From the NCBI GenBank assembly GCA_035483795.1, contig DATHPP010000425.1, forward strand, positions 9,951-73,950: DNA of 64,000 nt, given 5' to 3'. Source of the stretch: Tepidisphaeraceae bacterium. GTDB lineage: Bacteria; Planctomycetota; Phycisphaerae; Tepidisphaerales; Tepidisphaeraceae. The notes beneath the pieces were generated by a model, which worked only from the letters and a program-made list of their open reading frames with translations, did not search any database and had not been told where the DNA came from. The position numbers and the translations under genes were made by a program. How positions within the stretch are numbered: position 1 is the first letter of the stretch; the number at the start of each line of letters is the position of its first letter. This document shows, piece by piece, positions 26,468 to 35,232 of the stretch.

Positions 26468-26997
26468 TGCTTCTCCGGCCAGCGCATCCACGGATGAAGA
26501 TAAGTCACGATCCCCTCTTTCACCATCTCGTCGATCGCCTTGTGGCAGCCGGCGCAGTAACGGTAGTCATCCACCAGCGCCATGGCGCCCGGGAGCATGC
26601 GCTTGGCCAGCCATTCACAGACGAAGCGGTAGGAGGAATACCAGTCGCAATCGAGATACACGAACGCGAACTTCACCTCAGGGTCGAACTCCGGCAGCGT
26701 CTTCTGGAACGTCCCTTTGACGCAGATGACGTTGTGATACTCGGCCAGGTGCTCGATCACATGATCGCTCCTGAACTGGCCCGGTGGATTGTCCTGATCC
26801 AGCCAGGGATCATAAGGGGCGTCATACGGCATGCCCTCGAAGGTGTCGAAGGCGTAGACCGTCCGTCCATAGCCAGCGAGCTGCACCGTCGAGCCGCCTT
26901 CAAACACGCCGAATTCCGCGATCGGTCCCGGCGGCACCTTGGGGATCATCTGCGAGAAATCCGCTGAGTGGGAAATGATCGGCGCGGGGGTGTACAT
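26464..26997 (-). CDS. TylF/macrocin-O-methyltransferase-like SAM methyltransferase
   Basis: IAEFGVFEGGSTVQLA...AFDTFEGMP...VYLDCDWY is the TylF-family pattern. Confidence 0.7.
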   Translation of the reverse strand: MYTPAPIISHSADFSQMIPKVPPGPIAEFGVFEGGSTVQLAGYGRTVYAFDTFEGMPYDAPYDPWLDQDNPPGQFRSDHVIEHLAEYHNVICVKGTFQKTLPEFDPEVKFAFVYLDCDWYSSYRFVCEWLAKRMLPGAMALVDDYRYCAGCHKAIDEMVKEGIVTYLHPWMRWPEKQ

Positions 26998-27000
26998 GGA

Positions 27001-27110
27001 GGAAAGAGAGAGGGGGAGTGGGTGAGGGGGAGAGGGGGGTGACGGGGGAAAGCCTAGCTTTGCTTTTCTCCCACTCGCCCACTCGCCCCCTCTCCCCCTC
27101 CTCCCGCCTC
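27001..27110. repeat. family A G-run element, inverted pair
   Basis: The G-rich arm is 27001-27048, the spacer is aagcctagctttgctttt, and the C-rich arm tctcccactcgcccactcgccccctctccccctcctcccgcc is 27067-27110. The C-rich arm overlaps the 3' end of 27054..27791. Confidence 0.75.
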
Positions 27111-27791
27111 CGGCCGCAACGGCTCAAACCCCTCGGGCAGCGCGACATCCGGCGGCGGGGGCAATTCCCGCTCGACTTTCCTGCCCAGGTTCTCCCACTG
27201 CCGCTGGAAGTGATAGGCGTAGGAGCCGATCCGCGCGAAGCGGCAGCCCTCGTTGAAGACCTTCACCTTGAAATCGGCGTCGTTGTCGTGCGGGAACGGG
27301 ATCTTGTCGGGCAGCCCGCCCTTCTCGAGAAACCAGCTTTTGCGGAAGGCCGAGGGGCTGTACCAGCCGAAAATGTCCAGCTCGATCGAGGACCGGCCGG
27401 CGTTGTCGACGGCGCAGAAGTGCTCGAAGCCGGGGCGATCGAAACTCGTGGCGGTGCGGCCGAAGTTGGCCCCGATGTTCGAGCCCGCCACCCCGATGGC
27501 GCCGCACTCGACCAGTCGCAGACAGAGCCAGTCGGCATCGTTGATGTGCCGGCGGATATTCTCGTCCCAGCCGGGGGCATAGACGATATCGGAGTTGTCC
27601 CAGAGGAGAATGTCGTACTTAGCGCGTTTGGCCAGCCAGTTCCATGCCGGATAAACATCATCGGGCGTGGTGCCCACGACGTAGAGCAACTGGTAGGGAC
27701 AGCAGGTATTGTCCGCCAGCATCTGGCGTTTGAGTTCCAGGCAGGCGTTGTTCTCCGGGCTGTCGTGATGGGGGAAGATCAGGGAGATCAT
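27054..27791 (-). CDS. GT-A-like glycosyltransferase (tentative)
   Basis: MISLIFPHHDSPENNACL...YDILLWDNSDIVYAPGWD has a DxD-like motif. The C-terminal EAGGGGEGASGRVGEKQS is encoded by the repeat. Confidence 0.5.
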   Translation of the reverse strand: MISLIFPHHDSPENNACLELKRQMLADNTCCPYQLLYVVGTTPDDVYPAWNWLAKRAKYDILLWDNSDIVYAPGWDENIRRHINDADWLCLRLVECGAIGVAGSNIGANFGRTATSFDRPGFEHFCAVDNAGRSSIELDIFGWYSPSAFRKSWFLEKGGLPDKIPFPHDNDADFKVKVFNEGCRFARIGSYAYHFQRQWENLGRKVERELPPPPDVALPEGFEPLRPEAGGGGEGASGRVGEKQS

Positions 27792-27817
27792 TGTAATAAT
27801 GGCGATAGGAGATCGGC

Positions 27818-28294
27818 ATGGTCACAACAGTTACAACGCGAAATCACATCCCGGGCGATTTGGTGGAAGACAAAACCGTGGAAGATCAAGAAGTACTGTT
27901 GGATGTCGATGACATCACGAACGTCCACTTCATCGCAAGCATGAGCGGTGCCTACTGGCTTTCGGAGATGCGCAACGGGCAGAAATATCTAATCGTGCCC
28001 GATGCCGACAATCACATTCTCCGGAAAGCGGTGCGAAAATTCATGTCCGATCTGATGATTATGGAGGCCGTCGCGCAAAAAGTTGGCTTCTACCACGTTC
28101 GCCAGGATGGCATACGATTCACCGGTTGCTTCTGGAGAAAAGACATTGAGCGCCATGACCAACCAAAGGAACTGCCAGCACTTCCGCAATCTGCCTTCGA
28201 TAAAATCAGAGACGTTGGGCTCGATGAGGCGTGGCCTGAAATCGAGCCACTCGTTGTCGGCTGGAGGGCCAAGCAACTTCCCGAACGCCCATGA
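27818..28294 (+). CDS. hypothetical protein (plus-strand insert)
   Basis: AGGAG upstream of ATG 27818. 158 aa, in a stretch that looks lower in GC. Confidence 0.5.
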   Translation: MVTTVTTRNHIPGDLVEDKTVEDQEVLLDVDDITNVHFIASMSGAYWLSEMRNGQKYLIVPDADNHILRKAVRKFMSDLMIMEAVAQKVGFYHVRQDGIRFTGCFWRKDIERHDQPKELPALPQSAFDKIRDVGLDEAWPEIEPLVVGWRAKQLPERP

Positions 28295-28296
28295 AC

Positions 28297-28755
28297 CTAC
28301 AGAATCAGCACTCCGATTCCGCAGCCCGTGTTCGGATCGTCGTGAATGAACTCGATCGTCTTGCCGGGATTCTCCTGTTTCAACTCGTTCCAGTGCTCCG
28401 CCGCGCCGTCGCACATGCGCAGGCCGCAGATGTCATGGAAGGCGATCAGCTTCGGGAGGAGCATCAGGGCGTTGCGGTAATCGCTTTCGATCGAGCGGTA
28501 GGAATGATCGGCGTCGATCCATACCAGATCGGCCTGGCTCACGGTCGAGTTCATGAACAGCCGGAAATTCACCGACTGGCTGTCGCCGATGAACAGGCGG
28601 ATGCCCTCACCTTTGCCGAAGCCTGGTGCGATTCCGGTAGGAGCGCGGAGGTCGGCGCCGAAGCATTCCCAGGCGAAGGTGTCGTGGAAGAACTGGATCA
28701 ATCCCCCGGTGGAGACGCCGATTTCCAGGTAGCGCTTGATCCCGCGGCCTTCCAC
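28297..28755 (-). CDS. class I SAM methyltransferase (Methyltransf_24-like); true N-terminus probably upstream
   Basis: IKRYLEIGVSTGG (motif I), then VWIDADHSY. The track start is a GTG only 9 aa before motif I. The frame stays open and looks coding up to the T7 run at 28906-28912. Confidence 0.6.
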   Translation of the reverse strand: MEGRGIKRYLEIGVSTGGLIQFFHDTFAWECFGADLRAPTGIAPGFGKGEGIRLFIGDSQSVNFRLFMNSTVSQADLVWIDADHSYRSIESDYRNALMLLPKLIAFHDICGLRMCDGAAEHWNELKQENPGKTIEFIHDDPNTGCGIGVLIL

Positions 28756-28883
28756 CCATTGGCAGAAGTTGGCCAGTTCAAGGGGATTCTGCTCGATGGT
28801 GTACGGTCCGGGGAAGGCCGGGTCGATCGCCGGGAGGATTCCGCGGGCGGTGATTTCGGAGAAGTAGTCCAGGATCGGCTCGA

Positions 28884-29483
28884 CTATGAAAGCCGGTTTC
28901 GTTCCAAAAAAACCCCGTAGGGACTGCGAAGTATCCTTCGTCGGGCGGTCTCCATCATCTTTGGGTCGCTATTGAACATCTCGTTGAAGTTGTCGCCTTC
29001 AACAGCTTCGGCAGCGTGCACGCAGACGACGAATCTTTCCCCTCCAGCAGCGGTTCCCCAGATGCTGTCGTAGTTCGCGCCATCGGCCAGGATGGATGTC
29101 GCCAGATCGCAGGCCAACTCGTCTCGGGCCAACTCCGACGCCGATGGGACATACATGCCGTTGCCGTTTTCGTAGAACGCCTGATCTGGAGCACCGGCGG
29201 CGCGGTGTTTGGCGATGCGATCCTTCAAGGTTTGGTCGCCCCATGCGCCCAGCCGCATGGTGCGCTCGGCCTGCTCATTAAGCCATATTCCACGGCGATT
29301 AAGCCATGTTGCACGGCGGACCAATTGAATCTGGAACAGAATGATGCCGAGGTATAAGAAATCACGCCAAGGCCACCATCCCTGCGGCCAAACGACGAGA
29401 TACACGGCGCACAGAAGCAATCCAGGCCATAGTGCGGGCTTTGGTTTCAGCGTGTAATGCAGTTTGGCAAGCGGTTCGCTCAT
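28884..29483 (-). CDS. membrane protein (two predicted TM segments) with soluble C-terminal domain
   Basis: ALWPGLLLCAVYLVVWP and FLYLGIILFQIQLV are hydrophobic stretches. The gene overlaps the upstream gene by 4 nt. Confidence 0.5.
   Translation of the reverse strand: MSEPLAKLHYTLKPKPALWPGLLLCAVYLVVWPQGWWPWRDFLYLGIILFQIQLVRRATWLNRRGIWLNEQAERTMRLGAWGDQTLKDRIAKHRAAGAPDQAFYENGNGMYVPSASELARDELACDLATSILADGANYDSIWGTAAGGERFVVCVHAAEAVEGDNFNEMFNSDPKMMETARRRILRSPYGVFLERNRLS
28906..28912 (-). other. T7 homopolymer at an ORF junction (candidate -1 site T TTT TTG, or an indel)
   Basis: On the coding strand GGG GTT TTT TTG GAA. A -1 shift joins 28884..29483 to the methyltransferase frame. Confidence 0.3.
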
Positions 29484-30085
29484 CGCCGATAAACAGCATA
29501 TCCGCAGTCGCTGGGCGGCTCGAAGAAGATTTCATCCGGCTCGCCCAGCACCTTCTGACATTCGGCGGCCACGGTTTCCTGGCAGGTGCGATGGCAGTAA
29601 TCGTGCACGATGACGGTGCCCCCCTTGGCCACCGGGAAATTCCGCAGCACGTGCTCGGTCGAGCCCCAGGTGTGCGGTCCGTCCTCCAGGAGCAGATCGA
29701 TCGGGCCGCCGGCGAAGCGCTCGATCGACGGGCCATCGAGGCTGAACAGATCGACGTTGATGAAGTCGATGAACTGGCGCAGCTCCGGCGGGATCATCTG
29801 GCCGGTATCGGCGTTGTTGTCGATGGAGAAGACTCGACCGAATTGGTTGTGCTGACAGCCCAGGGCCAGGTGCGAGGTCGAGCAGCCGAACAGACGGCCC
29901 ACTTCCACGATCACCTTGGGGCGCTTCTGCCGCACGGTGTTGTAGAGATAGACGCCCTCGTTCTCGAAACAGGAGCCGCAGGGCCAGTAGGACGGCACCG
30001 GGGAACCATCGCCCAGGTAGCCGCCAAGTCGATCGACCAGGCCGTCGAGCTTGAGTAATTCGCTGCGCGCTTCATCGGGCGTCAT
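29480..30085 (-). CDS. class I SAM methyltransferase (O-methyltransferase-like)
   Basis: KVIVEVGRLFGCSTSHLA (motif I), then VFSIDNN and LLLEDGPH. Confidence 0.6.
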   Translation of the reverse strand: MTPDEARSELLKLDGLVDRLGGYLGDGSPVPSYWPCGSCFENEGVYLYNTVRQKRPKVIVEVGRLFGCSTSHLALGCQHNQFGRVFSIDNNADTGQMIPPELRQFIDFINVDLFSLDGPSIERFAGGPIDLLLEDGPHTWGSTEHVLRNFPVAKGGTVIVHDYCHRTCQETVAAECQKVLGEPDEIFFEPPSDCGYAVYRR

Positions 30086-31176
30086 GATCGATCCCGGTAG
30101 CTTTCCATGAACGAGAGAATCTGTTTCATCCGCGCGTCCCAGGAATGATTGTGGTGCACGTGCCGGCAGCCGGCTTCGGCGATCTTCCGCCGCTCGTCAT
30201 CATGCTCCAGATAGTAGTCGATCTGCTGGCAGAGGTGATCGAAGTCATGCGGCTTCCACGTCGCCAGGTGCTCGCCGTCCGTGTATTCATCCTCCATCTT
30301 GGGCCAGACGTTGGAGATCATAAACGCGCCCGAGCCCATGCCGCGGAGAATGCGGTCGCTGCTGAAACCGGGCACGTCGTCAAAATGATTGTGATTCAAT
30401 GCAATTTTGCAGCTTCGATAGGCGGCCGCTTCTTCCTCTTCCAGGAGAAACGGATTGTCCGGACCCCACCCGGTGCCAAAGACAGCGAAGCGCTCGCCAT
30501 AGCGCTGCCTCAGATGGGCGACCATCATCTGCCGCTCGTGCGAGCGCGGGAAAACCGAGCCGTAATTTGTGCCGGCAAAGATCACCGGCGGAATCTCCGC
30601 CAGCGTCGGCATCACGTCTGGCACGCGCACGTGGTTCTGGTACGCCTGCTCGATCGCGGTCTTGCGCAGCCGGCGGTTGACCCGATCGCGCAGTTCGCCC
30701 TCCAGCCGCGGTCCATCAGGGCAGAAGGTGTCGGTCGAGAACCCGATATTCAAAAACTCGGCCGGATGGCCTTTGGCCCGAAGGTTCTCCACGTCGCGAA
30801 GGTTGGAGAAACAGTTCAGATCGACGTGACCGGCGACTTCCCATACCCACGTCCGCGTGTCGTTGCGCAGATCGCCGCACCACTGCATCACCCAGGCACC
30901 GGTCGAGCGTGCTTCATCCAAGAGCCGGCCGGGGAGAATCCCTTCGTCCTGTATCTGGCAGAAGACCAGATCGGGCTTGAAGGATCGCACCAGGCCGATA
31001 AACCCCTCGCGGATGGCCGGCCGATCGTTGTCGCGCAGGGGGAACCAGTTGAGTTCCTGGTAGTTCTCCCGCCCCCCCTGCCCGCCGCCCGACAGCTTCT
31101 CCAGGGCACGGCGCAGTCCCCACTGTGGGCTGGTGGGGGTGATGAGGGCGAAGTGGAGGACTTTCATTGGAAGCAA
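30082..31176 (-). CDS. CgeB-like GT-B glycosyltransferase
   Basis: FSSDRILRGMGSGAFMISNVWPKMEDEYTDGEHLATWKPHDFDHLCQQIDYYLEHDDERRKIAEAGCRHVHHNHSW matches the Glyco_trans_1_2/CgeB C-terminal pattern. Confidence 0.7.
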   Translation of the reverse strand: MLPMKVLHFALITPTSPQWGLRRALEKLSGGGQGGRENYQELNWFPLRDNDRPAIREGFIGLVRSFKPDLVFCQIQDEGILPGRLLDEARSTGAWVMQWCGDLRNDTRTWVWEVAGHVDLNCFSNLRDVENLRAKGHPAEFLNIGFSTDTFCPDGPRLEGELRDRVNRRLRKTAIEQAYQNHVRVPDVMPTLAEIPPVIFAGTNYGSVFPRSHERQMMVAHLRQRYGERFAVFGTGWGPDNPFLLEEEEAAAYRSCKIALNHNHFDDVPGFSSDRILRGMGSGAFMISNVWPKMEDEYTDGEHLATWKPHDFDHLCQQIDYYLEHDDERRKIAEAGCRHVHHNHSWDARMKQILSFMESYRDRS

Positions 31177-31178
31177 GA

Positions 31179-31817
31179 TCAGTGCGCGAAACGTTCAAAA
31201 GTAATCGCGCCAGTCGTATGAAAACGCAGGATGATGTAGATGATCGGGGCGAGTTTGGCCGGATCATCGAGCTGGCAATAGTCGGGCAGTCCGGCGCCGG
31301 AAAGTTCCAGGATCGCCAGGTCGCCGTCGCAGACGCACAATCGCGCCTTCACGCCAGCGGGCAAACAAAGCAATTCGGCCCAGCGCTCGGCCGTCATCTC
31401 TTTAACCAGATGAGGCGACAGGTTCATCATTTGCAGACTGACGCGGGTGATCGCTCGCTTGTTTACCCTCGGACCAAGGTCGTTCAGGAAATCCGTTCGG
31501 GCCGAAGAAGAATATTCCGCGTCCGGCTTCGCGCTGGCCAACACCGTCCGGATCGATTTCTCAAGCTCCGGGGCTTCCAGCACATACGCGATCGGGGTGT
31601 CCTCCAGCCGTTCTTCTTCATCCCACAGCGCCAGGGCGACGTAGCCGTTGGGCAGCAGATGGTTCTCGCGAAAACCAGCGTCACCGATCTCGGCGAGATT
31701 GCGCACGATCACGTTGCCCACGTTGAAACGAAATGCATTCGGGTCGTGGCGCAGGGCGCGATAACTCCCCCGCTTGTTGCACGGCTCGGTGATGGTGACG
31801 ATGAAGGTTTCAGCCAT
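31179..31817 (-). CDS. hypothetical protein
   Basis: ATG at 31817 (MAETFIVTITEP...). It overlaps the upstream stop by 8 nt. Confidence 0.5.
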   Translation of the reverse strand: MAETFIVTITEPCNKRGSYRALRHDPNAFRFNVGNVIVRNLAEIGDAGFRENHLLPNGYVALALWDEEERLEDTPIAYVLEAPELEKSIRTVLASAKPDAEYSSSARTDFLNDLGPRVNKRAITRVSLQMMNLSPHLVKEMTAERWAELLCLPAGVKARLCVCDGDLAILELSGAGLPDYCQLDDPAKLAPIIYIILRFHTTGAITFERFAH

Positions 31818-32424
31818 TGCGTTCCAAAAAGAACAGCGTCTCACTCTGATACTGCGTATTGGTGTCCCAGCTCTCCTCGCGGAAAGTACACCCTGCGGCA
31901 GTGAACAGGTCGGTGAGGTCTTCCCGCTTGAACCCGATGTCCGGTACGCCCATGCTCGGCCAGAAGACGATCTCGTGCGTCTGATCGGCGAACGGGGTGA
32001 AGATGATCAGCACCATCCGCCGGGTAAACGAATCCAGTGCGTTCTGGAGCACCTTGCGCCACTGCCGATTGTGCTCCAGGACGTGACGCATGAGGATGAA
32101 CTCGGGCTTGGGGTCCGGCCGGTAGAAGCGCAGGTCGGTCACCAGGTCGCTGAACTTGGTCTGTGTCCCGTCGATGCCCCGGTAGCTGGCGTGATGGACG
32201 TAGCGCTTGGCCCAACAGAGTCCGCAGCCCCAGTCTTCCAGGAGTCCCGGTTGATCGAGGAAGGGGACGGCGATGTCGTAGGTGACTTCCTCACCGATGA
32301 AACCCCCTGCGCCTCCACTCCCGATGGCCGCGTTCTGCGCCTGATAGAACTTCTGCCAGCGTCCCAGCATGCTCTGCGGGTCCAGAGTCCGGGGGTCGAC
32401 GTCGGTGCGGGTCATGGTCATCAT
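31810..32424 (-). CDS. class I SAM methyltransferase
   Basis: ATG 32424 is preceded by GAGGTG. LLEDWGCGLCW is motif I and FILMRHVLEH follows downstream. Confidence 0.6.
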   Translation of the reverse strand: MMTMTRTDVDPRTLDPQSMLGRWQKFYQAQNAAIGSGGAGGFIGEEVTYDIAVPFLDQPGLLEDWGCGLCWAKRYVHHASYRGIDGTQTKFSDLVTDLRFYRPDPKPEFILMRHVLEHNRQWRKVLQNALDSFTRRMVLIIFTPFADQTHEIVFWPSMGVPDIGFKREDLTDLFTAAGCTFREESWDTNTQYQSETLFFLERNG

Positions 32425-32426
32425 TT

Positions 32427-32627
32427 TCACCTCAGACTTTTGCGAAGCTGGTCGCGGGTCTTGCGCTCCCGATCGCACAGCGCTTGTTCGGCGACCCCCA
32501 AATCGACCGGTCCTCTGCGTCCGCCGTCATAGGTGTTCAGTTGAGCGGCGTAGTGCGCCTGCAACCAGACGAGATCGAGGAACAGCTCGCGCGGAATCTT
32601 GATGAGGACATGGACTTCGTCGCTCAT
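32427..32627 (-). CDS. hypothetical small protein
   Basis: 66-aa ORF in operon orientation. Confidence 0.4.
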   Translation of the reverse strand: MSDEVHVLIKIPRELFLDLVWLQAHYAAQLNTYDGGRRGPVDLGVAEQALCDRERKTRDQLRKSLR

Positions 32628-32636
32628 GCGATCACT

Positions 32637-32858
32637 TTACCATTTACTCCGCCGCGCATCGCTAATCAGATCGATGACGACGGAACCGACGACAAATAGC
32701 AGGGTAAAGAACAATCCGAGCGGCCCCAAGATGCTGGCGATCATCCAAAGCCGGCGGTCCCCGACGGTCCAATGGGTCTCACGCCACCATCCGAACGCAC
32801 GCATCACCAGATAAATGCAAGGGCAACAAACGAACCAAACAAGCAGGATCAACGTCAC
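32637..32858 (-). CDS. small membrane protein (2 TM)
   Basis: MTLILLVWFVCCPCIYLVMRAF and LWMIASILGPLGLFFTLLFVVGSVVI are hydrophobic stretches. Confidence 0.55.
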   Translation of the reverse strand: MTLILLVWFVCCPCIYLVMRAFGWWRETHWTVGDRRLWMIASILGPLGLFFTLLFVVGSVVIDLISDARRSKW

Positions 32859-33049
32859 GGGATTTCCATCGGGTATTTGATCGAATGCTTCCTGACGATC
32901 TCGTACAGATTGCCGAACCTGTCCACGATGCGCCGGTCCACGAGTTCTCCCTCCAAGAGCAGTACGGTGTAATCGCCTTCGCGAAACGCCTTCCTGATCT
33001 GATCGGGCCGCACGATCAAATTGCGTTCGATCTCGATCAGGGGCTTCAT
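32855..33049 (-). CDS. small protein, paralogue of 33475..33720
   Basis: ATG 33049 (MKPLIEIERNLIVRPDQIRKAFREGDYTVLLLEGE...). It shares the FR[ED]GDY motif with the other small ORF. Confidence 0.45.
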   Translation of the reverse strand: MKPLIEIERNLIVRPDQIRKAFREGDYTVLLLEGELVDRRIVDRFGNLYEIVRKHSIKYPMEIP

Positions 33050-33050
33050 T

Positions 33051-33470
33051 TCAGCCCTTACCATACCACACCGCCATAATGGTTGAGGCATTGGCGGCGC
33101 AGGGGCGGATGGCGCGAATCTCGTCCAGGACAGCATCGAAGCTCTTGCCCTCGCGCTTGGCCAGGCACAACGCGGAAATGTATGGGCTCCGGTTGCAGCC
33201 GCCGGCGCAGTGGATGAAGACCTTGTGACCGGCGGACAGGAGATAATCCAGCAGCGCACACGCCGCGTTGATGCGCGGTTGATCGCCCTGCGCCTGCTCG
33301 CTCAGGCCGGCCTTGCAGATCAAGAGGCCGAAGTCGCGCCCGGCCAGGTCGTTGATCTCGGCGGCCACGTTGAGGATGGCGGTGATGCCGGCGGCGTGCA
33401 ACTGGCCGACGTTCACTGCCATCGCGGGCGAGGAGTCGCCGATCCAAAGGTTGGGGCGGATTTGATTCAA
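33051..33470 (-). CDS. dual-specificity (Cys-based) protein phosphatase
   Basis: VFIHCAGGCNRSPYISA is the HCX5R(S/T) active-site loop. The start is TTG. Confidence 0.85.
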   Translation of the reverse strand: MNQIRPNLWIGDSSPAMAVNVGQLHAAGITAILNVAAEINDLAGRDFGLLICKAGLSEQAQGDQPRINAACALLDYLLSAGHKVFIHCAGGCNRSPYISALCLAKREGKSFDAVLDEIRAIRPCAANASTIMAVWYGKG

Positions 33471-33474
33471 GGGA

Positions 33475-33720
33475 TCACGGTTGTAAGACCCATTTCGTTT
33501 CGCGTCTCGCCTTCGACAGAAGGGACTTCATTTCCTCCAGCGATGACGGCGGATAGCTGATCGGTCGGCGCTCTTCTCCGAGCAGCACTTTCCATCCCCG
33601 CCCGAATTCGTCTGAGTAGACGAGCCCGACATAATCGCCGTCACGGAACAGCTTGTGAACATCGGTGTCGAGACGGTCGTCGAACTCGGCAACCCAAACA
33701 TCGTTCAGGATTTGATTCAA
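33475..33720 (-). CDS. small protein, paralogue of 32855..33049
   Basis: The TTG at 33720 overlaps the upstream stop (TTGA): (M)NQILNDVWVAEFDDRLDTDVHKLFRDGDYVGLVYSDE.... The gene is bracketed by a 21-bp perfect direct repeat. Confidence 0.45.
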   Translation of the reverse strand: MNQILNDVWVAEFDDRLDTDVHKLFRDGDYVGLVYSDEFGRGWKVLLGEERRPISYPPSSLEEMKSLLSKARRETKWVLQP

Positions 33721-34472
33721 GGGATCACTTCCAATTCGTACCACGGATGGCGCTTGAGCGAATCGGGCAGCGTGTCTTTGGCAAACGGCTCGACGTTCCA
33801 CCAGTCATAAACGCAAGGGTGAACGTCCTTTTTACGCTCGGGCCACTTACAGAAGATGTCTTCGATCCACCCCGGCCGCAGCTCGCTCTTGTGGCCGTGA
33901 CAACTCCACTTATATCTCATCAGCGCTTCGGGGACGGCGTAACCGAAGTGATAAATCCGTCCGTCAAGAATCTCCTGCGGCGCGCCGGGTCCGCAGCGAT
34001 CGGGGCGGAGCAATCGCGTCGGCGTCCACACGTCCCGGCAGCACCAGGCGAAAGAACGCCAGAAGTGAATCCAGGAGGGACCGCGGATGGGGAAGATAGC
34101 GGCGGGCGATTCGAGGGCGCGGGCGATGGCGCGGGCGAGGGCCTCGGTGTCCCACACTTCATCGCCATCGCACTGCACCACCAGGTCGGCGCCGGCTTCA
34201 CGGCACAGGTCATAACCCGCCTGGCGGTGCAATCCTTCGTGCGGGAAGTCGCCGCGGTGCCAGTCCAATTGGCCGGCAGAGCAGTAGGGGGGGTCGAAAC
34301 AGGCGCGAAGTTCTTCCTCGCTGTCGGGATTGGGCAGATCGCCGGCCTGGCCGTAGCTGGGCCGCGGGGCGTAGACGACGACGATGCGATCGACGCACGG
34401 GGCCAGAGCTTCAACGGCCTCGCGCAGATACGCTTTGCCGTAATGCAGGGGGAAAAAGCCGGCGACGTTCAT
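33717..34472 (-). CDS. GT-A (family 2-like) glycosyltransferase
   Basis: From ATG 34472: MNVAGFFPLHYGKAYLREAVEAL...DLVVQCDGDEVWD, which carries a DxD motif. Confidence 0.55.
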   Translation of the reverse strand: MNVAGFFPLHYGKAYLREAVEALAPCVDRIVVVYAPRPSYGQAGDLPNPDSEEELRACFDPPYCSAGQLDWHRGDFPHEGLHRQAGYDLCREAGADLVVQCDGDEVWDTEALARAIARALESPAAIFPIRGPSWIHFWRSFAWCCRDVWTPTRLLRPDRCGPGAPQEILDGRIYHFGYAVPEALMRYKWSCHGHKSELRPGWIEDIFCKWPERKKDVHPCVYDWWNVEPFAKDTLPDSLKRHPWYELEVIP

Positions 34473-34590
34473 CGACGTATCCGGTCCTTCCAAGTCCCGT
34501 CGTACCAGCCCCTTAATTTCCAGCCCCACATGACCATCAGCCCCATCGTCGTGAAGGTCGCGAGGATTTTCCAAAAAAGGATGTCGTTCA

Positions 34591-35232
34591 TCACGCTCGG
34601 TATTCCTTCCGCGGCATCTCCCCCAGCACGTGCGGCGCGATCAAGAGATACGGCTTGGCAACCGCGCCTCTGGGCTCACGATCGTACCGTCGCAGTCCGC
34701 TCTCGTGCAGATGGTGCGCCCGGATGCTCCAGCCTGGGCCGCACACTCCACCGTTCACGCCATCACCGGGATAAAAGTTGTCGAACAGCCACGCCAGGTG
34801 ATTGTCGCAGCCGGGGACGCCGGGGCGGAAGTTCAAATGCTGGAGGGGAATCTTGCACGGTCCGCGCCAGATCCAGGCATCGGTGCAGTCGATGGTCGGA
34901 TGGCCGTCCTTGCCGTACAGCTCGAAGTGCCGGCTGCCGTCCGAGTGCGTCTGCCATTCCCAGCGCGACAGGAGATACGCGGCGTCTGCGGGCACGTCTT
35001 GCGCCAGGGCGATCGTCTCATCGAAGTAGATGTCCGAGTTGGCAAAGACATTCACGTCATCCGGTCCGCTGCGCTGGTTGATCGAGTCGAAGATTTCCCC
35101 GAAGGTGGGGCGGCCGTCGATACCGTGCACTTCCAGGAGGGGGTTAGACTTGTTCCGGGCCAGGGCCTCCAGCAGCTCGTGATTGCGCTGGGGATCGGGG
35201 TCGGTGTAGAGATTGAGGTAGAGTGAGATCAT
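34591..35232 (-). CDS. glycosyltransferase-like protein (tentative)
   Basis: MISLYLNLYTDPDPQRNHELLEAL...VNVFANSDIYFDETI has a GT-A-like N-terminal layout with a DxD-like motif. Confidence 0.4.
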   Translation of the reverse strand: MISLYLNLYTDPDPQRNHELLEALARNKSNPLLEVHGIDGRPTFGEIFDSINQRSGPDDVNVFANSDIYFDETIALAQDVPADAAYLLSRWEWQTHSDGSRHFELYGKDGHPTIDCTDAWIWRGPCKIPLQHLNFRPGVPGCDNHLAWLFDNFYPGDGVNGGVCGPGWSIRAHHLHESGLRRYDREPRGAVAKPYLLIAPHVLGEMPRKEYRA

